This document shows, in pieces, positions 18,472 through 28,434 of a stretch of 64,000 nucleotides of DNA. The notes under the pieces are model-generated. The model was not told the DNA's origin. It worked only from the letters and a program-made list of their open reading frames with translations, and did no database searches. How positions within the stretch are numbered: the first letter of the stretch is position 1; every line of letters starts with the position of its first letter. The position numbers and the translations under genes are program-made. Source of the DNA: Alphaproteobacteria bacterium (lineage in GTDB: Bacteria > Pseudomonadota > Alphaproteobacteria > GCA-2731375); contig CBDDPY010000002.1 in assembly GCA_965232515.1 (NCBI GenBank), forward strand, positions 320,001-384,000. The letters run 5' to 3'.

Positions 18472-19653
18472 ATGCGGCGCCGGTTTCACGTTACGATCGT
18501 TTCCACCTGCCTGGTGGGGTTTCTGGCGCCGGCGTCACTGTCGGCGCAAGGCAACCTGGGCGATCTTCTGCAAAAGCAATTGAAAGGCGCGCCGGGCGAC
18601 GCGGATGACGGCGCCAAGGGCGGCTTCGACCTGCAGGCGCTGCAGTCGCAGATCCAGCAGCTTCAACGGCAATTGACGGCGAGCGAAGGCGAAGTTGGCA
18701 GGCTCAATGGCGATGTTTCGAGCCTGACGGGCGCGCTCGATCGGTCGAAGGCCGAAAACCAATCGCTGACCGGCTTGCTCGGCCAGAAGGACGGCGAGCT
18801 GTCGGCGAGCCTCGGCCGCATCGGCGACCTGTCCAAGGCGCTCGACGCCAGCGAGTCCGAGAACGTCTCGTTGATCGATCAAATCGGCCTGAAGGACAAC
18901 GAGCTGTCCGCCAGCCTCGGCCGCATTGCCGACCTGCGCGATCAGCTGACGACGGCCTCCGCGGCGCTGGCGGCGAGCGAAGCTGAAAACGGCGGTTTGC
19001 TGGCGCGGTTGACGGCGGCGCAGGATGCGTTGGCCAGCCGGGAAGGCGAGATGTCGGGCCTGTCCGCCCAGATCGCGCAATTGACGGACAGCGTTGCCGG
19101 CAGCGAAACCAAGATCGGCGGATTGCTCGCCGATCTCGAGAGCATGCGGTCGCAGCTCGCCAGCCGCGCGGCCGATGTTGTCCGGCTGACGGACAGCCTG
19201 CGGTCGAGCGAGCAATCCGGCCTGCGGTTGAGCGAGAAGCTCGCCGCCGCCACGGCCGCGCTCGGCGAGCGTGACCGGGCATTGGCGGATGCCGGTGGCG
19301 AGAAGGCGGTTCTGATCCGCCAGCTGGCGGCGGCCGACACTGTTGTGCAGACCTGGGAAGCCAAGCTGACGGATGCGGACGCTGCCCTGGAAGAGCGCGA
19401 CCGCACCATCGTCGAACGGACCTCGCAGCTGGCGGCGGCCGAAACGGCGCTGTCCCAATCGGAGGCCGAGCTGGCCGCCGCGTTGACCGATCTGGAACGA
19501 ACGCAGACCGAGCGTCAGGACCTTTCGGACCTGAACGGCCGGCAGGCGGCACGGGTCGAAACGCTGACGCTGCAGCGAAACTTCGGGTTCGGCCTCTTTG
19601 TGCTCAGCTTGATCGGCATGTTCTTCTTCTGGCGCCGCGGCAGGTCGGTCTGA
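18472..19653 (+). CDS. Exported long coiled-coil protein with C-terminal TM anchor
   Basis: GGAGG RBS, signal peptide (ASLSA/QG), continuous heptads, internal 35-aa repeat, C-terminal FGFGLFVLSLIGMFFFW-RRGR. Confidence 0.82.
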   Translation: MRRRFHVTIVSTCLVGFLAPASLSAQGNLGDLLQKQLKGAPGDADDGAKGGFDLQALQSQIQQLQRQLTASEGEVGRLNGDVSSLTGALDRSKAENQSLTGLLGQKDGELSASLGRIGDLSKALDASESENVSLIDQIGLKDNELSASLGRIADLRDQLTTASAALAASEAENGGLLARLTAAQDALASREGEMSGLSAQIAQLTDSVAGSETKIGGLLADLESMRSQLASRAADVVRLTDSLRSSEQSGLRLSEKLAAATAALGERDRALADAGGEKAVLIRQLAAADTVVQTWEAKLTDADAALEERDRTIVERTSQLAAAETALSQSEAELAAALTDLERTQTERQDLSDLNGRQAARVETLTLQRNFGFGLFVLSLIGMFFFWRRGRSV

Positions 19654-19744
19654 AGGCGCGATTGACGGAAAGCTCGCGACCGTTCACGAAAGGCAGGCTA
19701 CACTGGCCTCACGACGTCGGACATCCGCCAATCGGGAGGTCCCC

Positions 19745-21070
19745 GTGATGCAACGGCTGCTCAGATCCCTCTCGTCCATCTGCGTTGTCGCGCTGGTCGT
19801 GCCGCTTCTCGCCTGTGCCCAGGACGGCGTTGGCGAGGCCTGGCAAACCAGGACCAAGCCCGTCGAAGACCCCGTCAAAACGGCCATGCAGCGGCAGTTG
19901 CGAGACCTGCAGCATCGGTTGCAAGAGAGCCGCGTCGAGACCGCGAAAGCCCGACGGGACGCCAAGACTCTGGCCACGTCGCTCAGAGCCTCCAACATCG
20001 ACAACGAAACCCTGCGCGAAACCCTGCGCGCGGCGAAAGCCGATCTCAAGGCCGAGCGGGCGCGCAATGCGGCGCTGGCGGCGCGCATCGACGGCGAGAC
20101 GGCCGCCGATGACACGGCCGCGCGGCGCCATGCCGCCCTGTCGTCCCGCCTTGAAAAGGCAACTGTCGAGATCGAGGGCTTGACCGGTGAAATCGCTGAG
20201 CTGCGGACGACGATCAAGGACGGCGAAACGCGGATCGACAATCAGCAGGCGCGGCTGGTCGAGACGCGGGCTCAGCTCGACCAGCGGACGGCCGATGTGG
20301 ACGCCCTTCGCGCGGCGCTGAACGACAGCCGGGAGGAGGCCGACGGGCTGCTGCAGGCCCGTTGGGCCGACGCCAATACGATCGCCGAGCTACGGGCAAA
20401 GCTGTTGGCGGCGGACAAGGACCTGGCCGCGCGGAAGACCGAGATCGAACGTCAGGCCGCGGTTCTGGAGGAACGTCGGGCCACGCTGTCGGCCGATCGC
20501 GCCGAAATCGCCGAGCTGTCGTCGCGCATCGAGCCGCTGGAGGCCAAGATCGTACGGTTGGCCGACGCCGTCACCGCCAGCGAGCAGACCAACGCCCGGC
20601 TCTCGGCCGCCCTGGCGACGGCGAACGACCGGCTGGCGGAGAAATCGGCCGAGGTGGATCGGCTCAACGCCGCGGTCGCCGACTTGAGGACGAGCCGGCA
20701 GGACAGCGCCGACAAGGCGCAGCGCCTGGCGCGCGAGACGGGCGCGTTGACCGCCGCATTGAATTCCAGGGACGCCGATTTCGTCAGCCTGAATGACGAG
20801 GTGGCGATGCTGTCGCAGGAACTGGCGGCGGCCGCCGGCGCGAAGCTGCAGGTCGAAGATCGCCTGCAAACGATGAATGCGGAGATCGCGCGTCTGCGTG
20901 CCGCGCTCGCGGACCGCGAGGCCGCGCTCGATGCGCGCGATGGCCAACTCGTGCTGCTGAATGACGAGGTCGCCGCGCTGTCGCGGGAGTTGGCGCGGGC
21001 GACGTTGGAGATCGAGCGCCTGCGCGCGCTCGAGACGCAGGCCGCCATTGCGGGGCGCGCGGATGGTTAG
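19745..21070 (+). CDS. Exported long coiled-coil protein
   Basis: GGAGG RBS, signal peptide ending LLACA/QD (possible lipoprotein Cys), about 400 aa of heptad repeats. Confidence 0.82.
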   Translation: MMQRLLRSLSSICVVALVVPLLACAQDGVGEAWQTRTKPVEDPVKTAMQRQLRDLQHRLQESRVETAKARRDAKTLATSLRASNIDNETLRETLRAAKADLKAERARNAALAARIDGETAADDTAARRHAALSSRLEKATVEIEGLTGEIAELRTTIKDGETRIDNQQARLVETRAQLDQRTADVDALRAALNDSREEADGLLQARWADANTIAELRAKLLAADKDLAARKTEIERQAAVLEERRATLSADRAEIAELSSRIEPLEAKIVRLADAVTASEQTNARLSAALATANDRLAEKSAEVDRLNAAVADLRTSRQDSADKAQRLARETGALTAALNSRDADFVSLNDEVAMLSQELAAAAGAKLQVEDRLQTMNAEIARLRAALADREAALDARDGQLVLLNDEVAALSRELARATLEIERLRALETQAAIAGRADG

Positions 21071-21137
21071 ATTGGACCGCCATTCCCGGCGGATCGGGGC
21101 GGGCGGTCGCGGTTGAGTATGGTTGAAGGGAGCGGAC

Positions 21138-22178
21138 ATGAAACTCGGTCTTTTTCTCGGCTATTCCGGCGCGCATATGGATCTGCCGGTGGCGCGCGTC
21201 CAGCGGGCCGAGGAGCTTGGCTACGACTCGGTCTGGACGGCCGAGGCCTATGGCTCTGATGCGATCACGCCGCTCGCCTATCTCGCTGCCAAGACCGAGC
21301 GTATCCGCCTTTGCACCGCGATCATGCAGCTCGCCGCCCGCACGCCGGCGAATGCGGCCATGTCGGCTGCCACCATCGACGCCATGGCCGGCGGCGGCCG
21401 CTTCATCGCCGGCATCGGCGTCTCCGGCCCGCAGATCGTCGAGGGCTGGTACGGCCAGCCCTGGGGCAAGCCCTATTGGCGCATCAAGGACTATGTCGCC
21501 ATCATGCGCAAGATCTGGGCGCGCGAGACGCCCGTCACCCATGACGGCCGCGAGATCTCGCTGCCTTATGCGGGCGAGGGCGCGCTCGGCGTCGGCAAGC
21601 CGTTGAAGTCGATCCTGCACATGAACCCGGACATTCCGATCTTCCTCGGCACCGGCAATGAAGCGACCGTGCGCCTGACCGGGGAGATCGCCGACGGCTG
21701 GCTGCCGCTCGGTTTTGTGCCCGGCACGCTGCCGGAATACCTGCCCTGGCTCGAGGAAGGCTTCAAACGGGCCGGCAATGGCAAGTCGCTCGCCGACTTC
21801 GAGATCTTCCCCAACGCCCATGTCGAGGTGAACGACGATGTCGGCGCGGCGTTGAAGAGGTTGAAGCCTGAGACCGCGCTCTACGTCGGCGGCATGGGCC
21901 ATCGCGACAAGAACTTCCACAAGGACATGCTGATCCGGCGCGGCTACGGCGATGCCGCCGAGCGCATCCAGGAGCTCTATCTCGCCGGCCGCAAGGACGA
22001 GGCCGCCGACGCCGTGCCCGACGAATGGGTCGACACCAAGTCGCTGGTCGGCCCGCCGGCCCGCATCATCGAGCGCTTCCGCGCCTGGGCCGATTCCGGC
22101 ATCACCGGCTTCGGCGTCCGCACCCAGCAGGACGAAGCCGTCGAGGTCATGGCCAAGGCGGTGCGGCTGAACAGCTAG
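21138..22178 (+). CDS. LLM-class (luciferase-like, probably F420-dependent) oxidoreductase
   Basis: AEELGYDSVWTAEAYGSDA, RTPANAAM, GIGVSGPQIVEGWYG, GEIADGW. Confidence 0.9.
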   Translation: MKLGLFLGYSGAHMDLPVARVQRAEELGYDSVWTAEAYGSDAITPLAYLAAKTERIRLCTAIMQLAARTPANAAMSAATIDAMAGGGRFIAGIGVSGPQIVEGWYGQPWGKPYWRIKDYVAIMRKIWARETPVTHDGREISLPYAGEGALGVGKPLKSILHMNPDIPIFLGTGNEATVRLTGEIADGWLPLGFVPGTLPEYLPWLEEGFKRAGNGKSLADFEIFPNAHVEVNDDVGAALKRLKPETALYVGGMGHRDKNFHKDMLIRRGYGDAAERIQELYLAGRKDEAADAVPDEWVDTKSLVGPPARIIERFRAWADSGITGFGVRTQQDEAVEVMAKAVRLNS

Positions 22179-22203
22179 GGCTGTCGGCGGTCATACCGCG
22201 CGA

Positions 22204-22950
22204 TCACGCCTGCGCGCGTCGCCGCTGACGGGCGCGGCGGGCGAGGATGTTCAGGCCTTCGACCAGGGCCGAGAAAGCCATGGCGAAATAGATGTAGCCC
22301 TTGGGCACATGCACCCCGAAGCCCTCGGCGATCAGCATGGTGCCGATCAGCAACAGGAAACTGAGGGCCAGCATCACCACGGTCGGATTGGCGTTGACGA
22401 ACCTGCCCAGCGGATCAGCCGCCAGCAGCATCGCGGCGACAGCGGCAATCACGGCGATTACCATGATCGGCACATGCGGCGTCATGCCGACCGCGGTGAT
22501 GATGCTGTCGATCGAGAACACCAGATCGAGCGCCAGGATCTGCGCCACGATAGCGCCAAAGCTGACGGCGGCGGCACCCGGCGCGAACACGGTCGGGCCG
22601 GGATCGGGATCGACGCTGTGATGGATCTCCTTGGTCGCCTTCCAGACCAGGAACAGGCCGCCGGCGATCAAGATCAGATCGCGCCATGACAGGCCGAGAT
22701 CGAAGATGAAGAACACCGGCTGGGTCAGCTGGATGATGAAAGCCACCGTGGTCAACAGACCGAGCCGCAAGACCAACGCGCCGCCGATGCCGACGCGCCG
22801 CGCCCGCGAACGCTGCGCCTCGGGCAGCTTGTTGGTCAGGATCGAGATGAAGATCAAATTGTCGATCCCCAGCACGATCTCCATCACCACCAGTGTCGCG
22901 AGCGCGACCCAGGCGGCGGGATCGGTCACAAGTATCGCAAGGCTTTCCAC
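22204..22950 (-). CDS. TerC family membrane protein
   Basis: [45 protein letters not shown] start after AGGAGG. Confidence 0.93.
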   Translation of the reverse strand: MESLAILVTDPAAWVALATLVVMEIVLGIDNLIFISILTNKLPEAQRSRARRVGIGGALVLRLGLLTTVAFIIQLTQPVFFIFDLGLSWRDLILIAGGLFLVWKATKEIHHSVDPDPGPTVFAPGAAAVSFGAIVAQILALDLVFSIDSIITAVGMTPHVPIMVIAVIAAVAAMLLAADPLGRFVNANPTVVMLALSFLLLIGTMLIAEGFGVHVPKGYIYFAMAFSALVEGLNILARRARQRRRAQA

Positions 22951-23162
22951 GGTCGATGCCCTCCTGAACCTTCATCGTTGTTGATCGGCGTCCCGATCCG
23001 CGGTCGGGTGCGCGAACGGCATAGTTGTACATCGCCGACGATACCGGCCGATGACTGTTTTGACCCTATGCTCGACCCGCGTTACGACAATCCACTTACG
23101 TCAAGCCGTGACGGCTTGGATGTAACGTCCGCCGCTTGGGCTGGTCGCCATGGGAGTTGTCG

Positions 23163-24137
23163 ATGCCAAAGCAGGAAGGGTTGATCTACGCCTATCGTCT
23201 GGACGGGCAGGGGGGTGGGCAGCCGCTCGACTGGCACGCGTTGCAAGTTACCGACGCGATGCGGGGCGTGCTGTGGGTGCATCTGTATCGCGACGATGAC
23301 GCGGCGCAGCGCTGGCTCACAGAAGCAAGCGGCGTCGACGCGCTGGTCTCTGACGCGCTGCTGGCCGAGGAGACGCGGCCGCGCTGCACCAATCTCGATC
23401 AGGGCGTTCTGCTGAACCTGCGCGGCGTCAACCTGAACCCCGATGCCGATCCCGAGGACATGGTCTCGATCCGCCTATGGATCGAGGCCGACTGCATCAT
23501 CAGCGTGCGCATGCGCCGGCTGCTGGCGGTCGAGGATATGCACGAGGCGATCGCTGCCGGCCGGGGTCCGAAAAACGTCGGCGACTTCGTCGTCGATCTC
23601 GCTGACAAGCTGATCGAACGCATGGAGCCGGTGATCGGCGAACTCGACGACGACGTCGACCGGCTCGAGGACAACGTGGTGACCTCTGCCAGCCAGGATC
23701 TGCGCGGGCAACTGGCCAGCCTGCGGCGACGGGCCATCCTGCTGCGCCGTTACATCGCGCCGCAGCGCGAGGCGTTGTCGCGTCTGATTGCGGAGAATGT
23801 GGACTGGCTCGACCAGTGGCAGCGCGGCCGGCTGCGCGAGGTTGCCGATCGCGTCACCCGCTACGTCGAGGACCTGGATGCGGCGCGCGAGCGGGCGGCC
23901 GTGATCCACGACGAACTGACCGGCCGGCTCGCCGAGCAGATGAACCGGACCATGTACGTACTGTCCGTCGTGGCCGCGATCTTCCTGCCGCTCGGCTTGG
24001 TGACCGGCCTGCTCGGCATCAATGTCGGCGGCATTCCCGGCGTCGACAGCCCCTGGGCTTTCGCCGCCGTCACCGCCGGCCTGGTCTTGTTCGGCCTGAT
24101 CGAGCTCTGGCTATTCCGCCGCTTGAAGTGGCTTTAG
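23163..24137 (+). CDS. zntB: Zinc transporter ZntB (CorA family)
   Basis: ALLAEETRPR, LRGVNLNP, PEDMVSIRLW, TGLLGINVGGIPG. Confidence 0.9.
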   Translation: MPKQEGLIYAYRLDGQGGGQPLDWHALQVTDAMRGVLWVHLYRDDDAAQRWLTEASGVDALVSDALLAEETRPRCTNLDQGVLLNLRGVNLNPDADPEDMVSIRLWIEADCIISVRMRRLLAVEDMHEAIAAGRGPKNVGDFVVDLADKLIERMEPVIGELDDDVDRLEDNVVTSASQDLRGQLASLRRRAILLRRYIAPQREALSRLIAENVDWLDQWQRGRLREVADRVTRYVEDLDAARERAAVIHDELTGRLAEQMNRTMYVLSVVAAIFLPLGLVTGLLGINVGGIPGVDSPWAFAAVTAGLVLFGLIELWLFRRLKWL

Positions 24138-24146
24138 CCGGTCCGG

Positions 24147-25259
24147 TCAGCAGACGCCGGCCGCGATCAGGCGGTCGATGCGCTCGAGGATGGCCGGGCC
24201 GTTCAGTACCAGGCGGATCAGATCGGCCTGCCGGCCCACGCCGGTCTTGGCAAAGATCGCCCGCAGGTGGCTGCGAACGGTTTCCCGCGATACGCCGAGT
24301 GACCGCGCGCAGACGTCCAGCGTGTCGCCGGCGACCAGCCGGTCCAGCACCCGCGCTTCGGCTTCGGTCAGGCCATAGAGCGCCTGCAGCGCCGGGATCG
24401 ACAGTGCTGGCGTGGCGTCGGCCGGCGCCAGCATCACGGCGGCGACCGGCGCCGGATCCTCGCCCCATGCGCTTGGCGGCGCCATCAGCTCGGCGCGGAT
24501 CTGCAGGCAGGCATCGCCTGTCCGTTCCAGCATCGACAGATAGCTTCGCGTGCCGGTGGTTCGCCAGTGATCGAACGCGGCGGCGGCAATGCGCCTGGTC
24601 AACGTGGTGCCCATCGCGTTGATCGGGCCGACGATCTTCCGCGCGGCCCGGTTGCAGGCCAGAACGGCGCCGGATTCGGCCGCGATCAGCAGGCCTTGCG
24701 GCATCAGATCCAGTACCCACTCGATCCGCGCCAGCCGGCCATCCTCGGCCTTCGTGGCCGCCGCCAGACGGAACGCGCGCGACAGATGCGGCATCAGCCG
24801 TTCGTAGCAGCGGATCTCGTCGTCGACGAACGGTCCGGCGTGATGCGGGCGGAACAGCCGCAGGCCGAATATGCGTGCGCCGTCGTCATGCAGGAAGGCG
24901 CCGAGCGCATGCTCCGTGCCCAGCTTGGTATAGAGCTCACGGTAGGCACGGCTGTTCCGATAGGCATCGTAGTCGTCGATCATGGTATCGGTGCGCAGCG
25001 TGCCGACCGGGTGGCGCAGCAGGTCGTTCAGCCGCAGGTCGTCCTCCCGCAGGTCTTCGACGTAGAGGCGGCGGTAGTCCTGGGCCAAACCGTTTTCGTC
25101 GGAAAACCGCAGTTCGCCGGTCCGCTGATCGTTGATCACCAGCACGCCGCTCTCGGCGCCGCATTGCCGGCAGATATCGGCCACCACAGACGCCCAGCTA
25201 TCGCTGCCGAGCCCAGCGTCGTAGATCCTGTCGATCACCGTTTCCAGGGCTTGCCCCAT
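24147..25259 (-). CDS. LuxR-type HTH transcriptional regulator with GAF/PAS-like sensory region
   Basis: C-terminal YGLTEAEARV...LGVSRETVRSHLRAIFAKTGVGRQADL. Divergent from the TRAP operon. Confidence 0.88.
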   Translation of the reverse strand: MGQALETVIDRIYDAGLGSDSWASVVADICRQCGAESGVLVINDQRTGELRFSDENGLAQDYRRLYVEDLREDDLRLNDLLRHPVGTLRTDTMIDDYDAYRNSRAYRELYTKLGTEHALGAFLHDDGARIFGLRLFRPHHAGPFVDDEIRCYERLMPHLSRAFRLAAATKAEDGRLARIEWVLDLMPQGLLIAAESGAVLACNRAARKIVGPINAMGTTLTRRIAAAAFDHWRTTGTRSYLSMLERTGDACLQIRAELMAPPSAWGEDPAPVAAVMLAPADATPALSIPALQALYGLTEAEARVLDRLVAGDTLDVCARSLGVSRETVRSHLRAIFAKTGVGRQADLIRLVLNGPAILERIDRLIAAGVC

Positions 25260-25483
25260 TGTCCCAAGACCTTTCCCGTGCCCCTTGTCGACCGCCGGTC
25301 CGGCAGGATTGCGAATAGTGCGTCGCATTTGTGGTCGGCGCAAGTAATACTACAGCAAAAATTTGTGAAATACCCTCCGGCCGGGTGATGCGGGCGGCCC
25401 GGACCGGTTGCTATCGTGGCGCGCGGTCTGCCGGCATGGCGGTCGCGGGGTGCCGAATAGAAAACGCTCAGGGGAGATATGGG

Positions 25484-26530
25484 ATGCCGAAGCGATTGAT
25501 TTCCATGCGCCTGCCGCACGTGCTGGCCGGCCTGTTCGCGCTGATCGCCTGGCTCGGCCTGGCGGCCGGACCGGCCGCGGCCGAAGCACAGTTCAAGTGG
25601 CGCATGCAGACGCTGTGGGCGGCCGGTTCGATCAATATGAAAGTGTTCGAGGACTTCTGCCGCACGGTGTCGGAAATGAGCGGCGGCCGGCTGGAGATCG
25701 AGCCCTTGCCGAACGGCACGGTCGTCGGGCCGCTGGAGCTGTTCGATACCGTCGCCCAGGGCATTCTCGACGGCCAGAACGGCGGCGGCGGCTACGCGGC
25801 CAGCAAGGACGTGGCGTTTGTCATGCTGGGCGACCTGGCCGGCGCCTACGAGCGGCCGGATCAGATGCAGGCCTGGTACGAGTACGGCGGCGGCAAGGAA
25901 TTGGCGCGCGAGCTCTACGCGAAATACAACACCTATCACGTCGGCCTGGTCTGGCACGGCATGGAGTCGATCCCGTCCAAGGTCGCCGTCGCCGGCACCG
26001 CCGACTTCAAGGGCGTCAAGATGCGCGCGCCCACCGGCGCCGTCAGCAAGATCCTGGAACGCTTCGGTGCCGCGCCCGTCAACCTGCCGGGCAGCGAGGT
26101 CTATACGTCGCTCGAGCGCGGTGTCATCGATGCGACCGACTGGGGCACGCTGTCGATGAATGTCGACCTCGGGTTCCAGAAAATCGCGAAGTACCAGATC
26201 TATCCCGGATTTCATTCCATGCCGGCGACCGACATCGTCGTCAACATGGATCGCTGGAACGAGCTGCCGGACGACTTGAAATCGGTCCTGACGGTCGCGA
26301 CCCGAGACTTCGGCCGGGATATGTACCAGCGGCTGATGATCGAGGACGCCAAAATCGCCGCCGCGGCCGAGTCGCAGGGTATCGTCCTTGTCAACTGGGA
26401 AGACGGCGAGCGGCGGCGGTTCCGCGAGGTCGCGGCCGAAGTCTGGCAGGATCTTGCGAAGGACTCCGACATGGCGCGGAAGATCGTCGACAGCCAAACG
26501 TCGTTCCTGCGGCAGATCGGATTGCTGTAA
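25484..26530 (+). CDS. TRAP transporter substrate-binding protein (DctP/TakP-like)
   Basis: Signal peptide, KWRMQT, SGGRLEIE, FKGVKMRAP, EVYTSLERGVIDATDW. Confidence 0.92.
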   Translation: MPKRLISMRLPHVLAGLFALIAWLGLAAGPAAAEAQFKWRMQTLWAAGSINMKVFEDFCRTVSEMSGGRLEIEPLPNGTVVGPLELFDTVAQGILDGQNGGGGYAASKDVAFVMLGDLAGAYERPDQMQAWYEYGGGKELARELYAKYNTYHVGLVWHGMESIPSKVAVAGTADFKGVKMRAPTGAVSKILERFGAAPVNLPGSEVYTSLERGVIDATDWGTLSMNVDLGFQKIAKYQIYPGFHSMPATDIVVNMDRWNELPDDLKSVLTVATRDFGRDMYQRLMIEDAKIAAAAESQGIVLVNWEDGERRRFREVAAEVWQDLAKDSDMARKIVDSQTSFLRQIGLL

Positions 26531-26546
26531 GGACGTCGCGCCTACT

Positions 26547-26579
26547 GCCGCGGTCCCGGCCTTGTGCGGGGACCGCGGC
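26547..26579 (+). terminator. GC-rich hairpin after dctP (mRNA stabiliser or attenuator)
   Basis: 11-bp stem GCCGCGGTCCC / GGGACCGCGGC, no U-tract. Confidence 0.55.
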
Positions 26580-26600
26580 GCGCGGGATGATACGCGCGGG

Positions 26601-27080
26601 ATGTCGCAAAAAGATCCCATGAGCCGGCTATCGGCCGCCGTCGGCGCCTGGCTGAGCCCGTTGTTTCTGCTCTGCGTGGCGATCAGCGTCTACGAGGTCG
26701 CGATGCGCTACCTCTTCAACGCGCCGACCGTCTGGGTGCACGAGACGACCGTCTTGTTGAGTGCGGTCGCCTTCATTGTCAGCGGCCTCTACGCCCTCGA
26801 GCGGCGCGAGCACATCCGCATCACCGTGCTCTCGGACCGTCTGCCGGCCTGGATGCGGCCGCTTCTGCGGATCTTGAACCTGTCGTTGGCGGTCGTCTTT
26901 CTCGGCGCCGTCGCCTGGGGCGGGTTCAATCTGGGCTGGCAGGCGTTGAGCAACTGGCAGACGACGCAGTCGGCGTTCAACTCGCCGACACCGGCGATCC
27001 TGAAGCCGCTTCTGGTCGTAACCGCGGCGCTGATGATCGTGCAGGTGGTCGTGCAGTTCCTTCGCGGTCGCGACGGCTAG
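26601..27080 (+). CDS. TRAP small permease (DctQ-like)
   Basis: YEVAMRYLFNAPTVWVHE, EHIRI, four TM segments. Confidence 0.9.
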   Translation: MSQKDPMSRLSAAVGAWLSPLFLLCVAISVYEVAMRYLFNAPTVWVHETTVLLSAVAFIVSGLYALERREHIRITVLSDRLPAWMRPLLRILNLSLAVVFLGAVAWGGFNLGWQALSNWQTTQSAFNSPTPAILKPLLVVTAALMIVQVVVQFLRGRDG

Positions 27081-27088
27081 ACGCCGGC

Positions 27089-28387
27089 ATGGAAATTGCC
27101 GAGATCACGGCCCTGATGGGCGCCGCCATCGTCGTCCTGATGATGCTCGGCATGCCGCTGGTCTTCGTTACCGGCGCGGTCGCCGTGGTGACCTTGCTGC
27201 TCAGCTTCGGTCCGAACGGCCTGCCGCTGATCTCCAGCCGGATCTACGCGCTGGTCAACAACTACGTGCTTGTCGCGGTGCCGATGTTCATCCTGATGGC
27301 GTCGATCCTGGAACGCGCCGGCATTGCCCGCGATCTCTATGACGCCATGCATGTCTGGGCCGGGCGGGTGCGCGGCGGCGTCGCCCTGCAAACCATGGTC
27401 GCCGCCGTGCTGATGGCGTCCATGACCGGCATCGTCGGTGGCGAGGTGGTGCTGCTGGGGCTGGTCGCGCTGCCGCAGATGCTGCGTCTCGGCTATGACC
27501 GCAAGCTGGCGATCGGGACGATCTGCGCCGGCGGTGCGATGGGCACGATGATCCCGCCCTCGCTGGTGCTGATCGTCTATGGGCTGACCGCCAGTGTGTC
27601 GATCGGCGATCTGTTCCTGGCCGCGATCGGCCCCGGCCTGATGCTGGCGGGGCTCTATCTCGGCTATATCGCCCTGCGCTGCCGCCTCGATCCGACGCTC
27701 GGTCCGGTCGCCGCCGAGCTCGACGGCATGCCGCTGCGCGAAAAGCTCGGACAGCTTCGCAAGCTGGTGCTGCCCATGGCCGTCGCCGCCGCCGTGCTGG
27801 GCAGCATCTATGCCGGCGTCGCCTCGGTCAGCGAGGCCGCCGCCGTTGGCGTCGCCGGCGCCATGCTGTCCGCCTGGGCGCGCGGGCGTTTGAACCTCGA
27901 CATGCTGTGGCAGGCCTCGCTGCAGACCATGCGGACCTGCGGCATGATCCTCTGGCTCACCTTCGGCGCGGCGGCGCTGATCGGCGTTTACGGCCTGATC
28001 GGCGGCACCCGGTTCGTTTCCGATTTGATGACGAACCTGCCGATTTCGCCGCTGGGCGTGATCGCCGTGATGATGCTGATCGTCTTCGTGCTCGGCACGG
28101 TGATGGACTGGATCGGCATCTGCCTGCTGACCATGCCGATCTTCGTGCCGATCATCACGCAGCTCGGCTTCGACCCGATCTGGTTCGGTGTTCTGTTCAG
28201 CCTTAACGTCCAGGCCGCCTACCTCAGTCCACCGTTCGGACCGGCGGCCTTTTTCCTGAAGGGTGTCGCGCCGCCAGACGTGACGCTGCAGGAGATCTTC
28301 GCCGCGCTGTTGCCATTCATCGGACTGCAGCTCATCGCGCTCGGGCTGCTGCTGTTCTTTCCGCAGATCGCGCTGTGGCTCGTCTAG
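27089..28387 (+). CDS. TRAP large permease (DctM-like)
   Basis: LVAVPMFILMA, GTMIPPSLVLIVYG, YLSPPFGPAAFFLKG. Confidence 0.93.
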   Translation: MEIAEITALMGAAIVVLMMLGMPLVFVTGAVAVVTLLLSFGPNGLPLISSRIYALVNNYVLVAVPMFILMASILERAGIARDLYDAMHVWAGRVRGGVALQTMVAAVLMASMTGIVGGEVVLLGLVALPQMLRLGYDRKLAIGTICAGGAMGTMIPPSLVLIVYGLTASVSIGDLFLAAIGPGLMLAGLYLGYIALRCRLDPTLGPVAAELDGMPLREKLGQLRKLVLPMAVAAAVLGSIYAGVASVSEAAAVGVAGAMLSAWARGRLNLDMLWQASLQTMRTCGMILWLTFGAAALIGVYGLIGGTRFVSDLMTNLPISPLGVIAVMMLIVFVLGTVMDWIGICLLTMPIFVPIITQLGFDPIWFGVLFSLNVQAAYLSPPFGPAAFFLKGVAPPDVTLQEIFAALLPFIGLQLIALGLLLFFPQIALWLV

Positions 28388-28434
28388 TGGACGGGTCACG
28401 GCCGCTGCGCCCCGCTTAACGCAAGGGAGTCGTC

